Shown here: in pieces, positions 26,050 to 40,164 of the stretch
Layout of the letters: every line of letters begins with the position of its first letter
Position numbering within the stretch: the stretch's first letter is position 1
From: Pirellulales bacterium
GTDB lineage: Bacteria > Planctomycetota > Planctomycetia > Pirellulales > JAICIG01
Assembly: GCA_036000185.1 (NCBI GenBank)
Contig: DASYGD010000375.1
Coordinates: 1 to 48,494, forward strand
Direction of reading: 5' to 3'
DNA length: 48,494 bases
Position numbers and translations under genes: made by a program
The notes under the pieces: generated by a model
Told to the model about the DNA's origin: nothing
What the model saw: the letters and a program-made list of their open reading frames with translations, nothing else
Database searches by the model: none

Positions 26050-26053
<4 letters not shown>
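25388..26053 (+). CDS. actA: Alternative complex III subunit ActA (pentaheme cytochrome c)
   Basis: An N-terminal TM helix and five CxxCH motifs (CRYCH, CMSCH, CESCH, CLDCH, CWTCH). RBS GGGAGGGAG precedes the ATG at 25388. Confidence 0.85.
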
Positions 26054-29132
<3,079 letters not shown>

Positions 29133-29136
<4 letters not shown>

Positions 29137-30536
29137 CTCGCGACGCGAACTACGACTCGGGCGTCGCCGCGGCCGAAGGGGCGCCGCTCACCGGCGTGTT
29201 GCCCGTGCTCGAACCGGGGCACACCTACGGCTCGGTGACCGACAAGATCAGTTCGATCGTGCTGACGCAGCCGACGCCCAAAAGCTGGTGGGTCGGGTTC
29301 CTGGTCGGCTTCGTGCTGTTGATGCTGTTGACCTACGCCACCATTTACCTGTTCGCCAAGGGCATCGGAATCTGGGGCACGACCGTGCCGGTGGCCTGGG
29401 CCTTTCCGATCGTCAACTTCGTCTGGTGGATCGGCATCGGACACGCCGGCACGCTGATTTCGGCGATCCTGTTGCTGCTCAAGCAGCAATGGCGGACCAG
29501 CATCAACCGCTTCGCCGAGGCCATGACGCTGTTCGCCGTTTCGTGCGCGGGGCTGTTCCCGCTATTGCACCTGGGCCGGCCCTGGGTTTTTTACTGGCTG
29601 TTTCCCTATCCGAATACGATGGACCTGTGGCCGCAATTCCGCAGCCCGCTGATCTGGGACGTGTTCGCGGTCTCGACGTACTTCACGGTCTCGATCATCT
29701 TCTGGTACGTCGGGTTGATTCCCGACATGGCCACGCTGCGCGACCGGGCGACGCGCAAACTGCCGCAAATCGTCTACGGCATGCTGGCGATGGGCTGGCG
29801 CGGATCGGCCGCGCATTGGCATCGCTACGAAACGGCCTATCTGCTGTTGGCCGGGCTGGCCACGCCGCTGGTGGTTTCGGTGCATAGCATCGTGGGCATG
29901 GACTTCGCCGTCGCCATCTTGCCCGGCTGGCACAGCACGATCTTTCCGCCCTACTTCGTCGCCGGCGCGATTTTTTCCGGCTTCGCGATGGTCGTCACGC
30001 TGGCCATTCCGCTGCGGTACATCTACGGCTTGCAAGATTTCGTCACCATGCGGCATCTCGACAGCATGGCCAAAATTCTGCTGGCCACCGGCTGCATGGT
30101 GACCTACGGCTACTTCACCGAAGTCTTTTACGCCTATTACAGCGGCAACCCCTACGAGCGCTACGTGATGATCAACCGCGCGCTCGGACCGTACGCGGTC
30201 AACTATTGGCTCTTGATTCTCTGCAATTGCATTACTCCGCAGTTGCTCTGGTCTAGGCTGGTGCGCCGCAACGTCTATGCCTTGTTCGCGATCGCGATGA
30301 TCATCAACCTCGGGATGTGGCTGGAGCGGTTCGTAATCATCGTGATCAGCCTGAATCGCGACTTTCTGCCCTCGGCCTGGCACATGTACTATCCGACCCG
30401 CTGGGATTTCGCCCACCTGTTCGGCTCGATCGGCCTGTTTCTCACGCTGTTGTTCCTGTTCATCCGCTTCCTGCCGATGATTTCGATCTTCGAGCTGCGC
30501 AGCCTGGTCCGCGAAACCGAGGGAGGCGGGGAATGA
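29133..30536 (+). CDS. actC: Alternative complex III subunit ActC (NrfD/PsrC-like quinol-interacting membrane subunit)
   Basis: 467-aa polytopic membrane protein with an NrfD-like pattern (WGTTVPVAWAFPIVNFVWWIGIGHAGTLISA). GTGA overlap with actB. Confidence 0.9.
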
Positions 30537-31075
30537 AGGGCCGCGATGACGAAATCTACGGGCTCTTGGCCGAATTCATCGACGCCGAGTCGGTGGTCCG
30601 CGCGGCGCAAGCCGCTTACGACGCCGGATATCGCCGAATGGACGCTTATACGCCGTTTCCGATCGAGGAATTGTCGCACGCGGTCGGCCACCACCGCACG
30701 CGGCTGCCTTTGATCGTGCTGATCGGCGGGATCGCGGGCGGCCTGGCGGCCTATTACATGATGTACTACGCCTCGGTGCTCAGCTATCCGATCGACGTCG
30801 GCGGACGGCCGCTGCATAGTTGGCCGTCGTTCATTCCGATCACGTTCGAATTGACCGTGCTGGCGGCGTCGTTCGCCGCGGTGCTGGGAATGTTGGGACT
30901 GAACGGACTGCCGGCGCCCTACCATCCGGTGTTCAACGTGCCCGAATTCAAGCGGGCCAGCCGCGACCGTTTTTTCTTGTGCATCGAGGCCCGCGATCCC
31001 TTGTTCCGGCTGGCCGCAACGCGGCAGTTTTTAGACGGTCTGTCGCCGCAGCAGGTGTTCGAGGTGCAGCCATGA
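30533..31075 (+). CDS. actD: Alternative complex III subunit ActD (DUF3341)
   Basis: IYGLLAEFIDAESVVRAAQAAYDAGYRRMDAYTPFPIEEL is the typical DUF3341/ActD start. ATGA overlap with actC. Confidence 0.85.
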   Translation: MKGRDDEIYGLLAEFIDAESVVRAAQAAYDAGYRRMDAYTPFPIEELSHAVGHHRTRLPLIVLIGGIAGGLAAYYMMYYASVLSYPIDVGGRPLHSWPSFIPITFELTVLAASFAAVLGMLGLNGLPAPYHPVFNVPEFKRASRDRFFLCIEARDPLFRLAATRQFLDGLSPQQVFEVQP

Positions 31076-31091
31076 GGTCCGTAAGAGTCGG

Positions 31092-31131
31092 CTTTCGCTC
31101 CGCGAAAGAACGTCCTTTCGCGGAGCGAAAG
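31092..31131. repeat. 17-bp perfect inverted repeat (REP-like hairpin) CTTTCGCTCCGCGAAAG-aacgtc-CTTTCGCGGAGCGAAAG
   Basis: Read directly. It lies between the actD stop and the lipoprotein-type Met of actE at 31138. When read in frame it translates as FRSAKERPFAERKA. Confidence 0.6.
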
Positions 31132-31137
31132 GCGACT

Positions 31138-31737
31138 ATGTTCCTGCTCGCCGCCGCCTGTCTGACATCGACTGGCTGCGACATGCTCGACATGTACGAC
31201 GAACCGCGGTATGAACCGCTCGAAGCCAGCGAATTCTTCGCCGACGGCGGCTCGTCGCGGCAGCTCGTCGAAGGCACGATCCCGCGCGGTTGGCTGCGAG
31301 AAGACGAAGCGCTCTACACGGGCAAGCTGAACGGCGAGTTCGTGAGCAAGCTGCCCCTGCCGGTCAACCGAAAACTGTTCGAGCGCGGCCGCGAGCGATT
31401 CAACATCTATTGCTCGGTCTGTCATGGTCGCACGGGCGACGGCGACGGCATGATCGTGCGGCGCGGGTTCCGCCGCCCCCCTTCGCTCGTGCGGACCGAG
31501 CGGCTGTTGAACGCCCCGGCCGGGCATTTTTTCGACGTGATGACGCGCGGCTTCCGCGCCATGCCGAGCTATGCCAACCGCGTCGAGCCTGAGGACCGCT
31601 GGGCCATCGTCGCTTATCTTCGGGCCTTGCAACTCGGCCAAAACGCACGCATCGACGACGTGCCCGAGGAGGCGCGTGCCGAACTCGACGAAACGGCGTC
31701 GTCTTTCGCTTCGCTCCGGCGGGAGGAGCGGCAATGA
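31138..31737 (+). CDS. actE: Alternative complex III subunit ActE (monoheme cytochrome c lipoprotein)
   Basis: Lipobox-like MFLLAAACLTSTGC, a single CSVCH motif, and a distal Met context (MPSYANRV). An alternative upstream ATG at 31072 would translate through the hairpin. Confidence 0.8.
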   Translation: MFLLAAACLTSTGCDMLDMYDEPRYEPLEASEFFADGGSSRQLVEGTIPRGWLREDEALYTGKLNGEFVSKLPLPVNRKLFERGRERFNIYCSVCHGRTGDGDGMIVRRGFRRPPSLVRTERLLNAPAGHFFDVMTRGFRAMPSYANRVEPEDRWAIVAYLRALQLGQNARIDDVPEEARAELDETASSFASLRREERQ

Positions 31738-32924
31738 GGCCTTCGGATGAGTTGCTGGCCTATTTGTCCAAGGTCCGCGGGCGCGCGCTGGCGGTCGGCT
31801 GCGTTGGCGCAGCGCTGTGCGCGGCGGGTTACTTTCTGCAACCTGAGCGGTTTTTTCAATCCTATCTGTTCGCTTATGTCTTTTGGCTGGGCCTGACGCT
31901 CGGGTCGATGGTGGTCGTGATGATCCACGGGCTGACGGGCGGCGGGTGGGGCCTGGCCATCCGCCGCATCAGCGAAGCCGCCATGAACACGCTGCCGCTG
32001 ATGGCGTTGCTGTTCCTGCCAGTGCTGTTCGGCGTACCGTCGCTCTACGAGTGGTCCCATCAAGAGGTCGTTGAGCACGACGCCGTGTTGCAGTCGAAAT
32101 CGGCCTATCTGAACGTCGACGGCTTTCAGATCCGCGCTGGCGTCGTGTTCGCCGTCTGGCTCGTCACGCTGCTGGCGCTCAATCGTTGGAGTCCGAACGA
32201 AGATCCCAACCCCGACTCGCCGCGAAGCATCCGCTTGCAGCGCGCCAGCGGCGTCGGTTTCGCCCTCTACGGGCTGACGGTCACCTTCGCCGCGGTCGAT
32301 TGGGTTATGTCGCTCGAACCGCATTGGTATTCGAGCATGTACGGCATTCTGTTTGCCGCGGGCGAGGCGCTCGCGGGGCTGAGCTTCGCGATCGTCGCCA
32401 TGACGGCGCTCGAACCGTTCGATCCCTGGCGCCGCATCGTGAACACGGAGCGCCGGCACGATCTGGGGAACTTGCTGCTGGCTTTCACCATGTTCTGGGC
32501 CTACATCGCCTTCATGCAGTATTTGATCATCTGGTCGGGCAACCTGCCCGAGGAGAACGTCTGGTACTTGCACCGCGGCGTCGGCGGCTGGGAACTGATC
32601 GGCCTGGCGTTGATGGGGTTGAGTTTCGCCCTGCCGTTCTTTCTGCTCTTGCTGCGCGACGTGACGCGGCGCCGCAGCCGGCTTTGCCAAGTGGCCGGCT
32701 TGCTGCTGGCGATGCAGGCGGTCAGCGCGTATTGGCTGGTCGAGCCGGCGTTTTCTCCGGGAACTTTGACGATCCATTGGCTGCACGTCGCCGCACTGGC
32801 CGCCGTCGGCGGCTTTTGGGCGGCGATGTTCGCGTGGCGCTTGCAAGCCAGGGCGTTTTTGCCGATCCACGATCCTGAGTTGTTGGAGGCGGTCGATGAA
32901 CGAGCTGGCCATGCCGCCGCCTGA
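31734..32924 (+). CDS. actF: Alternative complex III subunit ActF (NrfD-like membrane subunit 2)
   Basis: 396-aa polytopic membrane protein. ATGA overlap with actE. Its position and hydrophobic profile are typical of ActF. Confidence 0.85.
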   Translation: MRPSDELLAYLSKVRGRALAVGCVGAALCAAGYFLQPERFFQSYLFAYVFWLGLTLGSMVVVMIHGLTGGGWGLAIRRISEAAMNTLPLMALLFLPVLFGVPSLYEWSHQEVVEHDAVLQSKSAYLNVDGFQIRAGVVFAVWLVTLLALNRWSPNEDPNPDSPRSIRLQRASGVGFALYGLTVTFAAVDWVMSLEPHWYSSMYGILFAAGEALAGLSFAIVAMTALEPFDPWRRIVNTERRHDLGNLLLAFTMFWAYIAFMQYLIIWSGNLPEENVWYLHRGVGGWELIGLALMGLSFALPFFLLLLRDVTRRRSRLCQVAGLLLAMQAVSAYWLVEPAFSPGTLTIHWLHVAALAAVGGFWAAMFAWRLQARAFLPIHDPELLEAVDERAGHAAA

Positions 32925-33333
32925 AGGCGAACCGCGACTGGGCTACGAACCGCGCGACGTTCGCGTCGGCTGGATTCTGACTTTCGCCGGAGTCTTGGCG
33001 GCGATGGTGATTCTGGTCTTGCCTTTGGCGGATTGGACGTTCAGAAGCTTCGCTCGCAGCGCCGCGAAAACGGACGTCCCGGCGAGCCCGTTGGCGGGCG
33101 ATCAATCGCCTCCTCGTTCCCAGCCTCTTCTGCAAAGCCGGCCGAGCGAAGATCTGGCGGAACTGCGACAGCGAGAAGACGAAGCGCTCTCGCATTACCG
33201 CTGGATCGATAAGGAGCAGGGGGCGGTGCAGATTCCGGTCGATCGAGCGATCGAATTGTTAATCGAGCGCGGCTTGCCCGAGCCGCCGCCGACAAAACAG
33301 GACGGCGCGGCGCGAAGCGAGGACGAACCATGA
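32896..33333 (+). CDS. Small single-TM protein co-transcribed with ACIII (possible ActG-like accessory subunit)
   Basis: One TM helix (VGWILTFAGVLAAMVILVLPL). It overlaps the end of actF. No family assignment is possible by eye. Confidence 0.55.
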   Translation: MNELAMPPPEGEPRLGYEPRDVRVGWILTFAGVLAAMVILVLPLADWTFRSFARSAAKTDVPASPLAGDQSPPRSQPLLQSRPSEDLAELRQREDEALSHYRWIDKEQGAVQIPVDRAIELLIERGLPEPPPTKQDGAARSEDEP

Positions 33334-33409
33334 GCGCGTTTGCGAATCCGCGAACAATCGTCGACGGACCGGAAGTCCGTCCTGCGATTCGGTTAAGACG
33401 GCCGGAGGA

Positions 33410-33544
33410 GGATTACGGATTCCTCTTCTCTGCCCATGGCTTCTCGCCGCCACGGCGACCTCGGATTGCGGCTGCCGGCTCCGAACCGGCTTGTCGAACA
33501 AATAACAATGCTCCGCGCGAGCAGAGAAGAGGAACCCGTAATCC
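33410..33544. repeat. 135-bp element bounded by 24-bp inverted repeats (23/24 match), MITE/REP-like
   Basis: GGATTACGGATTCCTCTTCTCTGC (33410-33433) pairs with the reverse complement of GCAGAGAAGAGGAACCCGTAATCC (33521-33544). It is intergenic, between the small TM gene and the SCO1 signal peptide. Confidence 0.5.
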
Positions 33545-33557
33545 CCGGTGTCGGCTC

Positions 33558-34661
33558 TTGAACGCCGCTCGGCCCCTTGGAACCCGGAAGCCGCTGTTCT
33601 CGTTCGCCGCCGCCTTGTCGATCCTATGCAGCCTTACTCTGCCCGCGCCTCTGGCGGCGCAGAATCGTGCCATCACTCAAAACTACAAAACGCCGGCGGG
33701 CAAAAGCCCGCTGGACGGAATGCTGAACGAGATCGGCATCGATCAACGGCTCGGCGCCCAGTTGCCGCTCGACTTGGAATTTCGCGATGAGGGCGGCGAC
33801 AAGGTCCGTCTCGGCGATTATTTTCATGAAAAGCCGGTCGTGCTGGCGCTGGTGTACTATCGTTGCCCGATGCTTTGCACGCAGGTGCTCAACGGTCTCC
33901 TCAAAACCAGCCAGGCCGTCAAGTTCGCCATCGGCCGGGACTACGACGTGGTGACAGTCAGCTTCGACCCGCACGACACGTCGGAACTGGCCGCCGAGAA
34001 GAAGGCCAGCTACGTCCGCGCGTATCGCCGCGATGGCGCGGCCGAGGGCTGGCATTTTTTGACGGGCGACGCCGAATCGATACGGCGCCTGGCCGCAACG
34101 GTGGGATTTCGCTACGTCTACGACGAGCGAACCGATCAATACGCCCACGCCAGCGGCATCATGCTGGCCACGCCCGGCGGTCGGCTGTCGCGGTATCTGT
34201 ACGGCATCGAATACGCGCCGAACGATCTGCGGCTGGGGCTGGTCGAAAGTTCGGAATCGAAGATCGGCTCGCCGGTCGATCAGGTGTTGTTGCTCTGCTA
34301 TCACTACGACCCGCTGACCGGCAAATACGGCCTGGCGATTTCCGGTGCGCTGCGCGCGGCAGGCTCGGCGACGATGCTGTTTTTGGGCGGCTTTCTCGTC
34401 GTGATGTTCCGGCAAGAGCGGCGCCGGCAGCGCCTGGTGCGCCTCCCTCTCCCTCTGGGAGAGGGCCGGGGTGAGGGGGCTGCGTCAACGAAGATCTACG
34501 GCCCTCACCCTCACCCTCTCCCAAAGGGAGAGGGGATCTCAGGCCTCCCTCTCCCACGGGGAGAGGGCCGGGGTGAGGGGGCTGCGTCAAGAAGCGTGCT
34601 GCCCGAGACCACCAGCCCTCACCCTAACCCTCTCTCAGAGGGAGAGGGGACCGAACCATGA
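33558..34661 (+). CDS. SCO1/SenC family copper chaperone with a C-terminal TM helix and a repeat-encoded tail
   Basis: Thioredoxin-fold CxxxC ([15 protein letters not shown]) and a conserved His context (YAHASGIML). The putative TTG start at 33558 gives the signal peptide [35 protein letters not shown]. The ORF track starts at 33330. Confidence 0.75.
   Translation: MNAARPLGTRKPLFSFAAALSILCSLTLPAPLAAQNRAITQNYKTPAGKSPLDGMLNEIGIDQRLGAQLPLDLEFRDEGGDKVRLGDYFHEKPVVLALVYYRCPMLCTQVLNGLLKTSQAVKFAIGRDYDVVTVSFDPHDTSELAAEKKASYVRAYRRDGAAEGWHFLTGDAESIRRLAATVGFRYVYDERTDQYAHASGIMLATPGGRLSRYLYGIEYAPNDLRLGLVESSESKIGSPVDQVLLLCYHYDPLTGKYGLAISGALRAAGSATMLFLGGFLVVMFRQERRRQRLVRLPLPLGEGRGEGAASTKIYGPHPHPLPKGEGISGLPLPRGEGRGEGAASRSVLPETTSPHPNPLSEGEGTEP
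34441..34650. repeat. Two tandem copies of a composite palindromic REP-like element (units A1-B1-A2-B2)
   Basis: A units read GCCTCCCTCTCCC-NNNG-GGAGAGGGCCGGGGTGAGGGGGCTGCGTCAA (34441-34488, 34542-34590). B units read GCCCTCACCCT-N-ACCCTCTC-NNNNN-GGGAGAGGGGA (34501-34536, 34615-34650). A and B are partly reverse-complementary. Confidence 0.7.
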
Positions 34662-35697
34662 TCGACGATGGCTTTCGCCTGCTGCCCGAACAGGCCTCGA
34701 CGCACGCTCCGGACGTCGACTTGCTGTATTACGTCCTGGTCGCGGTCTTTCTTTTCGTCCAGGCGATCATCGCCTTTCTGATCGTCTATTTCGCGGTGAA
34801 GTATCGCAGCGGCTCCAAGGCCGCGCGCGACGCCTATCGGCCCGAGCAGGCCGCCGCCGTCGCTCGCCGCCGACATGCGATGGAGATCGCCTGGGTGGTG
34901 GGGCCGTTGATCGTGTTCGCGGGGATTTTCATCTGGGGCGCCAAGCTGTTTTTCGTCAGCTATCGCCCGCCCGACAACACGCTCGATGTGCGGGTCGTCG
35001 GCAAGCAGTGGATGTGGAAGTTCCAGCATCCCAGCGGCAAGCGGGAAATCAACGAATTGCACGTGCCGCTTGGGCAGCCGATCCGACTGATCATGATTTC
35101 CGAGGACGTGATTCACAGCATGTATGTGCCGGCCTTCCGCGCGAAACACGACGTGCTGCCCGGCTCGTACAGCCAGCTCTGGTTCGAGGCCAACCGGCTG
35201 GGCGAATTCCATCTGTTTTGCGCGGAGTATTGCGGCACGGAACATTCGCGGATGATCGGCCGCGTCGTGGTGCAGGAACCGAACGAGTATCAGGCCTGGC
35301 TTTCGGGCGGCGCGGCGAACGAGCCGCCGGCCGTGGCGGGCAAGCGGCTGTTCGAGGACTTGCGCTGCGCGACGTGTCACGAGGGGGGCGGCCAGTCGAG
35401 CCGTTGCCCGCCGCTGGCGAATCTCTACGGCCATCCGGTCAAGCTCGTCGGCGGCGAGACCGTAGAAGCCGACGACGACTACCTGCGCGAATCGATTCTG
35501 CACCCGGCCAAGCAGGTGGTGGCCGGATTCAAGCCGATCATGCCCGCCTTCGAGGGACAGATCGGCGAAGAAGGGTTGATTCAACTGCTCGCTTACCTCA
35601 AGTCGCTTTCCAAAGCAGAAGCGGCATCCCCGCCGCTGGCTCCGGCGACGCGGCAAGACGACGCGCCCCAGCCGGACGAGAAGGCGAAGCCAAAGCC

Positions 35698-35701
<4 letters not shown>
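34658..35701 (+). CDS. coxB: Cytochrome c oxidase subunit II with fused cytochrome c domain (caa3-type)
   Basis: Two N-terminal TM helices, the CuA site HSMYVPAF...[12 protein letters not shown], and a C-terminal CATCH heme c motif. Confidence 0.9.
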
Positions 35702-37378
<1,677 letters not shown>

Positions 37379-37386
<8 letters not shown>

Positions 37387-38080
37387 CGTTCCTTTGCCTT
37401 CCGGGTCGGCGCCTCGCGCCGAGCATGGCGCCGGCCGCTCGCCTGCCTTGCACCATCAGTTCGAGGATCTCGGGCAACAGCACGAGGCGGGCGAGATGGG
37501 CATGTGGCTGTTCCTGGCCACCGAGGTGATGTTCTTCGGCGGCATGTTCCTGGCCTACGCCCTCTATCGCTTGAAGGACGAAGCCGCCTTCGCCGCCGCC
37601 AGCCACCACATGGATCTCTGGTGGGGCACGGCGAACACGGCCGTGCTGTTGACATCGAGCCTGATGATGGCTACGGCCGTCCACGCCGCCCAAACCTCGC
37701 AGCGCAAGCTGCTTGAAGGCATGTTGCTGGCCACGATGACGCTGGGGACCGTCTTCCTGTGCATCAAGGGCTATGAGTATTATCGCAAATACGTCGAAGG
37801 CTACATGCCGCTGTTCGGACTGCCGTTCCGTTACGACGGCCCTTCGCCTGAACACGCCGAAATGTTCTTCGGTCTGTACTTCCTGATGACCGGCGTCCAC
37901 GCGCTGCACATGATCGTGGGGCTGGGCGTGCTCGCTTGGCTGTTGGCGCATGCTCGCCGCGGCGGCCTGATGGGCGACTTTTCGGGGCCCGTCCACATTA
38001 CGGGGCTGTATTGGCACTTCGTCGATATCGTGTGGGTCTTTTTGTTTCCGTTTTTGTACCTGATCGGGGCGCGCGGCTGA
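37379..38080 (+). CDS. coxC: Cytochrome c oxidase subunit III
   Basis: [36 protein letters not shown] start overlaps the coxA stop. Confidence 0.9.
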
Positions 38081-38082
38081 CC

Positions 38083-38400
38083 ATGACGCAAGCTCATCAC
38101 GCCAGGCATCCGTCGGTCGGCGCCTTGATCGCCGTCTTCTTCGCCCTCATGGCGCTGCTCGCGGCGACCGTGGCCGTGTCTGAAATCGATCTCGGAGGGC
38201 CCTGGAACTTCGCCGCCGCCGCCGCAATCGCCACCTTCAAGGCCTCGTTGATAATCTGGTTCTTTATGAACCTCCGTTACAGCACGCCCTTGAGCCGCCT
38301 GACGGCCTTCGCCGCGTTGTTTTGGCTGGCCATCATGTTCGTATTGACCTTCGCCGATTACCTGACTCGCGGATGGCTCGAAGTCACCGCGACCTGGTAG
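38083..38400 (+). CDS. coxD: Cytochrome c oxidase subunit IV (caa3-type small membrane subunit)
   Basis: 105 aa with three hydrophobic helices and ATFKASLIIWFFMNL (CoxIV/CtaF-like). It starts 2 nt after the coxC stop. Confidence 0.7.
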   Translation: MTQAHHARHPSVGALIAVFFALMALLAATVAVSEIDLGGPWNFAAAAAIATFKASLIIWFFMNLRYSTPLSRLTAFAALFWLAIMFVLTFADYLTRGWLEVTATW

Positions 38401-38414
38401 ATTCTCGCGCGTCC

Positions 38415-39743
38415 TGTACACAATCATTGTCAGGCGCAACCAAAGTGCGGATCGAGGATTGGCAGGCGACCGAGCCGCAGCCGCTTGTCCCGTCGATGAG
38501 GCAGGCCGACCCTCGGAGAGCAACGCCGGACAGTGGATTTGAGTCGGCGGGCGAACGCGGCGCAGCCGCGAACGCCGATCACGGACGAGATTGGAGGCGG
38601 GTTACCGGTCAAGCCGCTTGGCGGTAGTAGTGCTTCAGCAGCCCGCCCAACCGCTCGCGGCAGTGGATCGCGCCTTCCACAATTTCCGACGGCGGTTCCT
38701 TCTCGCCGAAGCGGCGCAGTCGCGTGTTGCCCACGCCTTGGTGCGCACGTTCCTCGTTGTAATAGGTCGTATACTGGCCGAGGATGTGCCGCAGATGCGC
38801 TTCGCCAAACACGATGAAGTGCTCCAGGCATTCTTGCCGAACCGATTGCACCCAGCGTTCCGCATAAGCGTTTAGGTTCGGCGCCATCGGGCCGACCTTT
38901 TTCGTCTCAATGCCCTCGGACTTGAGGATCGCGTCGAATTCCGCGGTGTACTTGGAATCGTGATCGCGGATCAGCAGCGTTGGTCGCTCCGGCAACTCGT
39001 CGAAGAACGAGTTCATGTTCCGAGCCTGTTGAGCCATCCCGGCCGAGTTGGGATTCGGCGTCATGCCGGCGATATGCACGCGCCGCGTGGCGACGTTGAT
39101 GAAAAACAGCACGAAGAACTCGACCAACCCGCCCTTGGTCCAGACCTTCTTGGAAAAGAAGTCGGTGGCCCACAGCGTCTCGGCGTGCCGCTTCACGAAC
39201 TCGTCCCAAGTTCCTTCGCCCCGCTTGGGGCCGGGATCGAGGCCGTGCTCCTTCAAGATATTGACGACCGTGGAGCGAGAGACGCCGTTGATGCCCAGCT
39301 TCTTCAGCTCGCCGAGGATTTTGGTGTAGCCCGCGCCGGTCTCGCGGGCGATCTTCAAGATCAGCGCGCGAATTTCGTCCGCCGTGCGCTTGCGGCCGGG
39401 CTTGGCTTCCTTTTTGTCCACCGGCAACTTGGTCTCGCCGCTGGCCCAGCGGGCGAAGGTCCGCGGGCTAACGATCGTAATCACTTCGTCGAGCTTCTTG
39501 CCCAGCGGCTTGCCGTACTTCAGTAACCGCTGTCGCTGCTCCGACGTCAGCCGCAAGCGGCCGGGCAGTTGCTCGCGCAGGATCTTGTTCTCCTCCTTCT
39601 GAAATTGAACGATCTTGGCCAGTTCGCATTCGGTGAACTGAGCCAAGCGCTTCAGAAAGGCAGTGTAAACCTTGTTGCTCGGTCGCATCGTGCTAAAATC
39701 CGCAAGTCCATGCTAGCATCCAAGATGACCATGATTTTGTACA
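38415..39743 (-). mobile_element. IS481-like (IS3 superfamily) insertion sequence, 1329 bp, single transposase ORF
   Basis: Terminal inverted repeats TGTACACAATCATTGTCA (38415-38432) and the reverse complement of 39726-39743, TGTACAAAATCATGGTCA (16/18 match), flank the rve-type transposase ORF. No clear target-site duplication is seen. Confidence 0.65.
38609..39688 (-). CDS. DDE transposase / integrase core domain (HTH + rve)
   Basis: N-terminal HTH region (YTKILGELKKLGINGVSRSTVVNILKEHG). Catalytic core with WATDFF..., IRDHDSKYTAEF and NAYAERWVQSVRQECL (the D, D, E context typical of rve). Confidence 0.9.
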   Translation of the reverse strand: MRPSNKVYTAFLKRLAQFTECELAKIVQFQKEENKILREQLPGRLRLTSEQRQRLLKYGKPLGKKLDEVITIVSPRTFARWASGETKLPVDKKEAKPGRKRTADEIRALILKIARETGAGYTKILGELKKLGINGVSRSTVVNILKEHGLDPGPKRGEGTWDEFVKRHAETLWATDFFSKKVWTKGGLVEFFVLFFINVATRRVHIAGMTPNPNSAGMAQQARNMNSFFDELPERPTLLIRDHDSKYTAEFDAILKSEGIETKKVGPMAPNLNAYAERWVQSVRQECLEHFIVFGEAHLRHILGQYTTYYNEERAHQGVGNTRLRRFGEKEPPSEIVEGAIHCRERLGGLLKHYYRQAA

Positions 39744-40080
39744 CCGCAGGAGCGCCGTCAAGCCGCCCGTGGACGGTCAATCCCGGAAAAAGATCCCGCA
39801 CCGCCCACGGCTCGCCCGACCACCGTTAACCCAGCCGTTCAGGCCGATCGCCGCAAGTGGCTCTCGCCGCGATCGGCGTTAACTTGAGTGTCGCCCCTGA
39901 TCTGCCCCCATCTCTCGTCCCCGTCGAGAGTTCGGTTCGAAGAGGGTTCTACACAGGGAGGGCTGAGTCGACATCCCTCATGGATGTTGGACTTGATGCG
40001 CCTCCGTCGGTGGCATTGACTTCGGCCGAGTGAAGGAACAGCCGGGCGCGAGTGCCGTGGAGAATCTCTTGCCGTGCTGA

Positions 40081-40109
40081 TTGACGACGCGCGTCGTTAT
40101 TGGTATCGT
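40081..40109 (+). promoter_or_regulatory. sigma70-like promoter candidate TTGACG-17-TATCGT with the 14-bp palindrome ACGACGCGCGTCGT (40084-40097) in the spacer, a candidate BlaI-type operator
   Basis: Read directly, about 55 nt upstream of the GTG start at 40165. Confidence 0.35.
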
Positions 40110-40164
40110 GGCTCAAAACGACACCTGTCGTCGCTCGGCACTCAACGCAATATGGAGGAACGCT

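Noticed and set aside
34441-34650. Direct repeats considered as a mini CRISPR array
   Set aside because: There are only two copies of each unit. The units are internally palindromic and mutually complementary (REP-like), they lie inside an ORF, and no cas genes are nearby.
34471-35697. N-terminal 409 aa of the 971-aa ORF 34471-37386
   Set aside because: Only the part from ATG 35698 matches cytochrome oxidase subunit I. The upstream portion is an out-of-frame read-through of coxB with Arg-rich nonsense sequence.
39925-39950. GGTTCGAAG, resembling a tRNA T-loop
   Set aside because: There is no flanking T-stem, acceptor stem or anticodon arm complementarity, so it is not a tRNA.
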